Shown one piece after another: positions 61,061 through 64,000 of a stretch of DNA of 64,000 nt (position 1 is its first letter; every line of letters begins with the position of its first letter). The DNA is from Candidatus Binatia bacterium (GTDB taxonomy: Bacteria > Desulfobacterota > Binatia > Bin18): the NCBI GenBank assembly GCA_963664395.2, contig OY761159.2, forward strand, positions 4,384,001-4,448,000. Reading direction: 5' to 3'. The position numbers and the translations under genes are program-made. The notes under the pieces were generated by a model. The model was given only the letters and a program-made list of their open reading frames with translations. It did not search any database and was not told where the DNA came from.

Positions 61061-62482
61061 ATGAATAGAGCTGGAGGCGAACAAAAGAAGTGCGGCCGCC
61101 ACGCCGCGATAGCGGGAGCATTTCTGACGCTCTTCTGCTTCTTGTCACTCGCCAGCACCGCGCAGGCAGCCATAGACGAGGAGTCCCAATTTGTCCTGAA
61201 CACCTTCTCGTTTCTCATCTGGGGTGCCCTGGTGATGTGGATGTGCGCAGGCTTCACCATGCTTGAGGCCGGCTCTGTGCGCACCAAGAACGTCTCTGTG
61301 ATCTGTCTCAAAAACATCGGGCTGTATTCGGTCGCAGGGCTGACCTACTACTTCGTCGGATATAACCTCATGTACGTTGATGTCGGGTCCTGGGTCGGCT
61401 CCCTGACCTTCCTCTACGGTCCTTCGGCCGATGAGCTGGCCCTGTTGGCCGGTCAGACAGATGCGACGGCCGCCGTCGTCAAGAACGGCTACGCCACGAT
61501 GTCGGACTGGTTCTTTCAGATGGTCTTCGTCGCCACGGCTGCCTCGGTTGTTTCCGGCGCTCTGGCCGAACGGGTGAAGCTGTGGTCGTTCCTGGCCTTT
61601 ACGACCATTTTGACAGCCATCATCTATCCTATCGTCGGTGCTTGGACGTGGGGTGAAGGCTGGCTCTATCAAATGGGTTTTCAGGACTTCGCCGGCTCCA
61701 CCATTGTGCATTCGACCGGCGGCTGGGCCGCGATGGCCGGCATCATCGTCGCGGGACCGAGAGTGGGCAAATTTCGGCCCGACGGCAGCATCAAGCCCAC
61801 GCCGCCCTCGAACGTCCCATTCGTCACCTTAGGCGTCCTCATTCTGTGGTTTGGGTGGCTCGGCTTCAACGGTGGATCACAACTCGCTCTGGCCGGCGTG
61901 GCTGACGCAGTGGCCATGAGCAATGTGCTTGTAAACACAAACCTTGCCGCGTCCGCGGGAGCCGTGGCCGCGCTGTTCATGTCGCGGCCCGTATTCGGGC
62001 GGGTCGATCTGCTCGCCATCCTCAACGGCGCGCTCTCGGGCCTCGTCTCGATTACCGCCGGACCCGACATTGTGGAGCCGTATTGGGCGGTCATCATCGG
62101 AGCGGTTGGCGGCGTACTGTGCATCTACAGCATGAAGCTGCTGGAGATCATGAAGCTGGACGACGTGGTCGGCGCGATTCCGGTCCATCTGTTCGCCGGT
62201 ATATGGGGGACGTTGGCGGTCTGTATCGCAGCGGGCGGCAACTTCGGCGTACAGCTCCTCGGGGTGCTTGCGGTCGGCGTGTTCGTCTTCGGGACTTCAT
62301 GGGTAGTATGGCTGGCGCTAGAAAAGGTATTGGGAGTCCGGGTCTCATCCAGCGTCGAAGAGATCGGCCAGGATGCCATGGAACTCGGCATCGACGCCTA
62401 CCCCGAGTTTATTCTCATGCCCGACCCGGACGATGTTGAGGAACTGCGTAGCGGCACCCAAACGGCATCGTCTGCCGAGTAG
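61061..62482 (+). CDS. amtB: Ammonium transporter
   Basis: AGFTMLEAG, FFQMVF, SGALAER, DFAGSTIVH, WFGWLGFNGGS, DDVVGAIPVH. Confidence 0.96.
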   Translation: MNRAGGEQKKCGRHAAIAGAFLTLFCFLSLASTAQAAIDEESQFVLNTFSFLIWGALVMWMCAGFTMLEAGSVRTKNVSVICLKNIGLYSVAGLTYYFVGYNLMYVDVGSWVGSLTFLYGPSADELALLAGQTDATAAVVKNGYATMSDWFFQMVFVATAASVVSGALAERVKLWSFLAFTTILTAIIYPIVGAWTWGEGWLYQMGFQDFAGSTIVHSTGGWAAMAGIIVAGPRVGKFRPDGSIKPTPPSNVPFVTLGVLILWFGWLGFNGGSQLALAGVADAVAMSNVLVNTNLAASAGAVAALFMSRPVFGRVDLLAILNGALSGLVSITAGPDIVEPYWAVIIGAVGGVLCIYSMKLLEIMKLDDVVGAIPVHLFAGIWGTLAVCIAAGGNFGVQLLGVLAVGVFVFGTSWVVWLALEKVLGVRVSSSVEEIGQDAMELGIDAYPEFILMPDPDDVEELRSGTQTASSAE

Positions 62483-62527
62483 CCCCTGCCTGACTGAAGC
62501 TGTGATACGAAATCCGTTCAGTGGCCG

Positions 62528-63829
62528 TTATCCCGCTAATAGCCACTGGACGGCAACGACCGCGCCGATGACCCCGGCCATGTCCGCGGTCAATCCGGCG
62601 ACTAAGGCATGTCTGATTCGGACCACGCCAACCGCACCAAAATACACAGCCAAGACATAAAAGGTCGTTTCCGTGCTGCCCTGGAGCGTGGAAACGAGAT
62701 AACCGACCAGGCTGTCCGGCCCTTCGGCCTGCATGATCTCAGCCATGATGGCGTAGGCTCCGGAACCGGATAACGGACGCAGGACGGCCATCGGCAATGC
62801 CTCGGCGGGGAATCCAATCAGACTGAGGAGAGGCTGCACCCCAACGATTATCACATCCAATAAACCCGAGGCGCGAAACATGCCGGCGGCAACAAGAATG
62901 GCGACAAGAAACGGAATGATCCTGATGGCAACCTGAAAGCCCTCTTTTGCACCTTCGATCATGGCATCATACACGGCCACCCCTTTGGCAATGCCGTAGC
63001 CCAGCATCACCACGATCAGCACCGGCAGCAGCCAGGCCGACACGGCGTTACGCAGCAGCGGACCAAGCGTCCGACCGTCGGTCAAGCCGGCTTGCAGGAA
63101 CAGCAGAAAGGCTATGCCAATCGCTCCGACAGAGAGGCTGGCAAGCATACAGCCTGACCGGGAGGTCGGTTGTTCAGTGCCCAGTGCTTCCTCATCCGGT
63201 AGGGCAAGCTCAGGTATTTTTTCTTTCTGCTCAGTGTCGCCGTCCCGCACCGTAAACGCTGGCAAGCCCTGCAACAGCTTAGCCGCGAGAATACCAACGC
63301 AGGTCGAGAATGAGGTAGCCAGCAGAGTGGGTAACCAGATACCCGCCGCGTTTTCTGACCCTATCGACGCTCTCAGCGCAATCACGCCAAGTGGAGCAAG
63401 GGCAACATTCGAGGTGTTGATGGCCAGGAATAAGACCATGGCGTTGGTCGCCGTACCTTTGTGGGGATTTAAGGTATCAAGCTCCTGCATGGCCTTGATC
63501 CCGAAGGGTGTGGCCGCATTACCCAGACCCAGCATATTGGAGGCCATATTCATGATCATGGCGCTCAGAGCGGGGTGATCGGCTGGAACGTCGGGAAACA
63601 AGCGCACCATGAGGGGATGCAGCCAGCGCGCCAGGGTGTGCAGAAAACCGCCGACTTGCACAATGCGCAGCATGCCCAGCCAAAAGGCCATCACCCCGAC
63701 CAGACCGATGGCCAGCGTTACCGCGGATTTGGCAGAATCTATTGAGGCCGCAGTAACCTCAGCCATCTTGCCGGTAAAGGCGGCGGTCACAACAGAGCCG
63801 ACAATCAGGCCAAACCAAATCCAGTTCAT
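62528..63829 (-). CDS. SpmA/SpmB fusion (nucleoside-recognition Gate domain) membrane protein
   Basis: NMLGLGNAATPFGIKAM, RPLSGSG, GSTETTFYVLAVYFG. Confidence 0.92.
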   Translation of the reverse strand: MNWIWFGLIVGSVVTAAFTGKMAEVTAASIDSAKSAVTLAIGLVGVMAFWLGMLRIVQVGGFLHTLARWLHPLMVRLFPDVPADHPALSAMIMNMASNMLGLGNAATPFGIKAMQELDTLNPHKGTATNAMVLFLAINTSNVALAPLGVIALRASIGSENAAGIWLPTLLATSFSTCVGILAAKLLQGLPAFTVRDGDTEQKEKIPELALPDEEALGTEQPTSRSGCMLASLSVGAIGIAFLLFLQAGLTDGRTLGPLLRNAVSAWLLPVLIVVMLGYGIAKGVAVYDAMIEGAKEGFQVAIRIIPFLVAILVAAGMFRASGLLDVIIVGVQPLLSLIGFPAEALPMAVLRPLSGSGAYAIMAEIMQAEGPDSLVGYLVSTLQGSTETTFYVLAVYFGAVGVVRIRHALVAGLTADMAGVIGAVVAVQWLLAG

Positions 63830-63878
63830 AGCTGAGGGGGGAGCGGCTGCGGAGCGTTTGAAGCTATGCTACACACCG

Positions 63879-63931
63879 AAGAGTAAACGTGTCCAGCATC
63901 TACATGTCTATTGGAGGACACGTTTACTCTT
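63879..63931. repeat. Intergenic palindrome with 16-bp arms (family A, copy 2)
   Basis: AAGAGTAAACGTGTCC (63879-63894) / GGACACGTTTACTCTT (63916-63931). Confidence 0.85.
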
Positions 63932-64000
63932 TTGTTCGGGCGGAAATATAGCAGTCTCACGCACGAAGGAATATGACCTGACTATGAAGCGGACGAGTTG

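Noticed and set aside
62528-63829. Sporulation capacity implied by spmA/spmB
   Set aside because: SpmAB fusions are widespread in non-sporulating bacteria.

Overview
Bacterial chromosomal window, gene-dense and moderately GC-rich. The gene content (several LLM oxidoreductases, acyl-CoA dehydrogenases, xanthine-dehydrogenase-family genes, Deltaproteobacteria-like housekeeping genes) suggests a Desulfobacterota/Binatia-like heterotroph; this is inference only. Housekeeping genes: serS, yraN, gatCAB, argJ, secA, murI, amtB. Other content: a two-component locus with an intervening tandem LolA-like protein, a MoxR/VWA pair, and a split (b6f-type) Rieske/cytochrome b operon with an octaheme cytochrome c and a cupredoxin. 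There is also a type III restriction-modification locus with an ABC-type ATPase + PD-(D/E)XK nuclease pair inserted between mod and res, a molybdo-hydroxylase (CoxLSMG-like) cluster, a secreted GH16-like protein, and several decayed genes. Features absent from the ORF track but readable in the DNA: two single-TM microprotein ORFs inside the cytochrome b operon, a UGA-containing SelW/Rdx selenoprotein with a SECIS-like hairpin, a 13-bp tandem repeat between gatC and gatA, and two families of dispersed palindromic elements (one with compensatory base changes). SecA carries an exceptionally long (~290 aa) helical insertion. No rRNA, tRNA, CRISPR array, integrase or transposase was recognised. All functional calls come from motif reading, not database searches.
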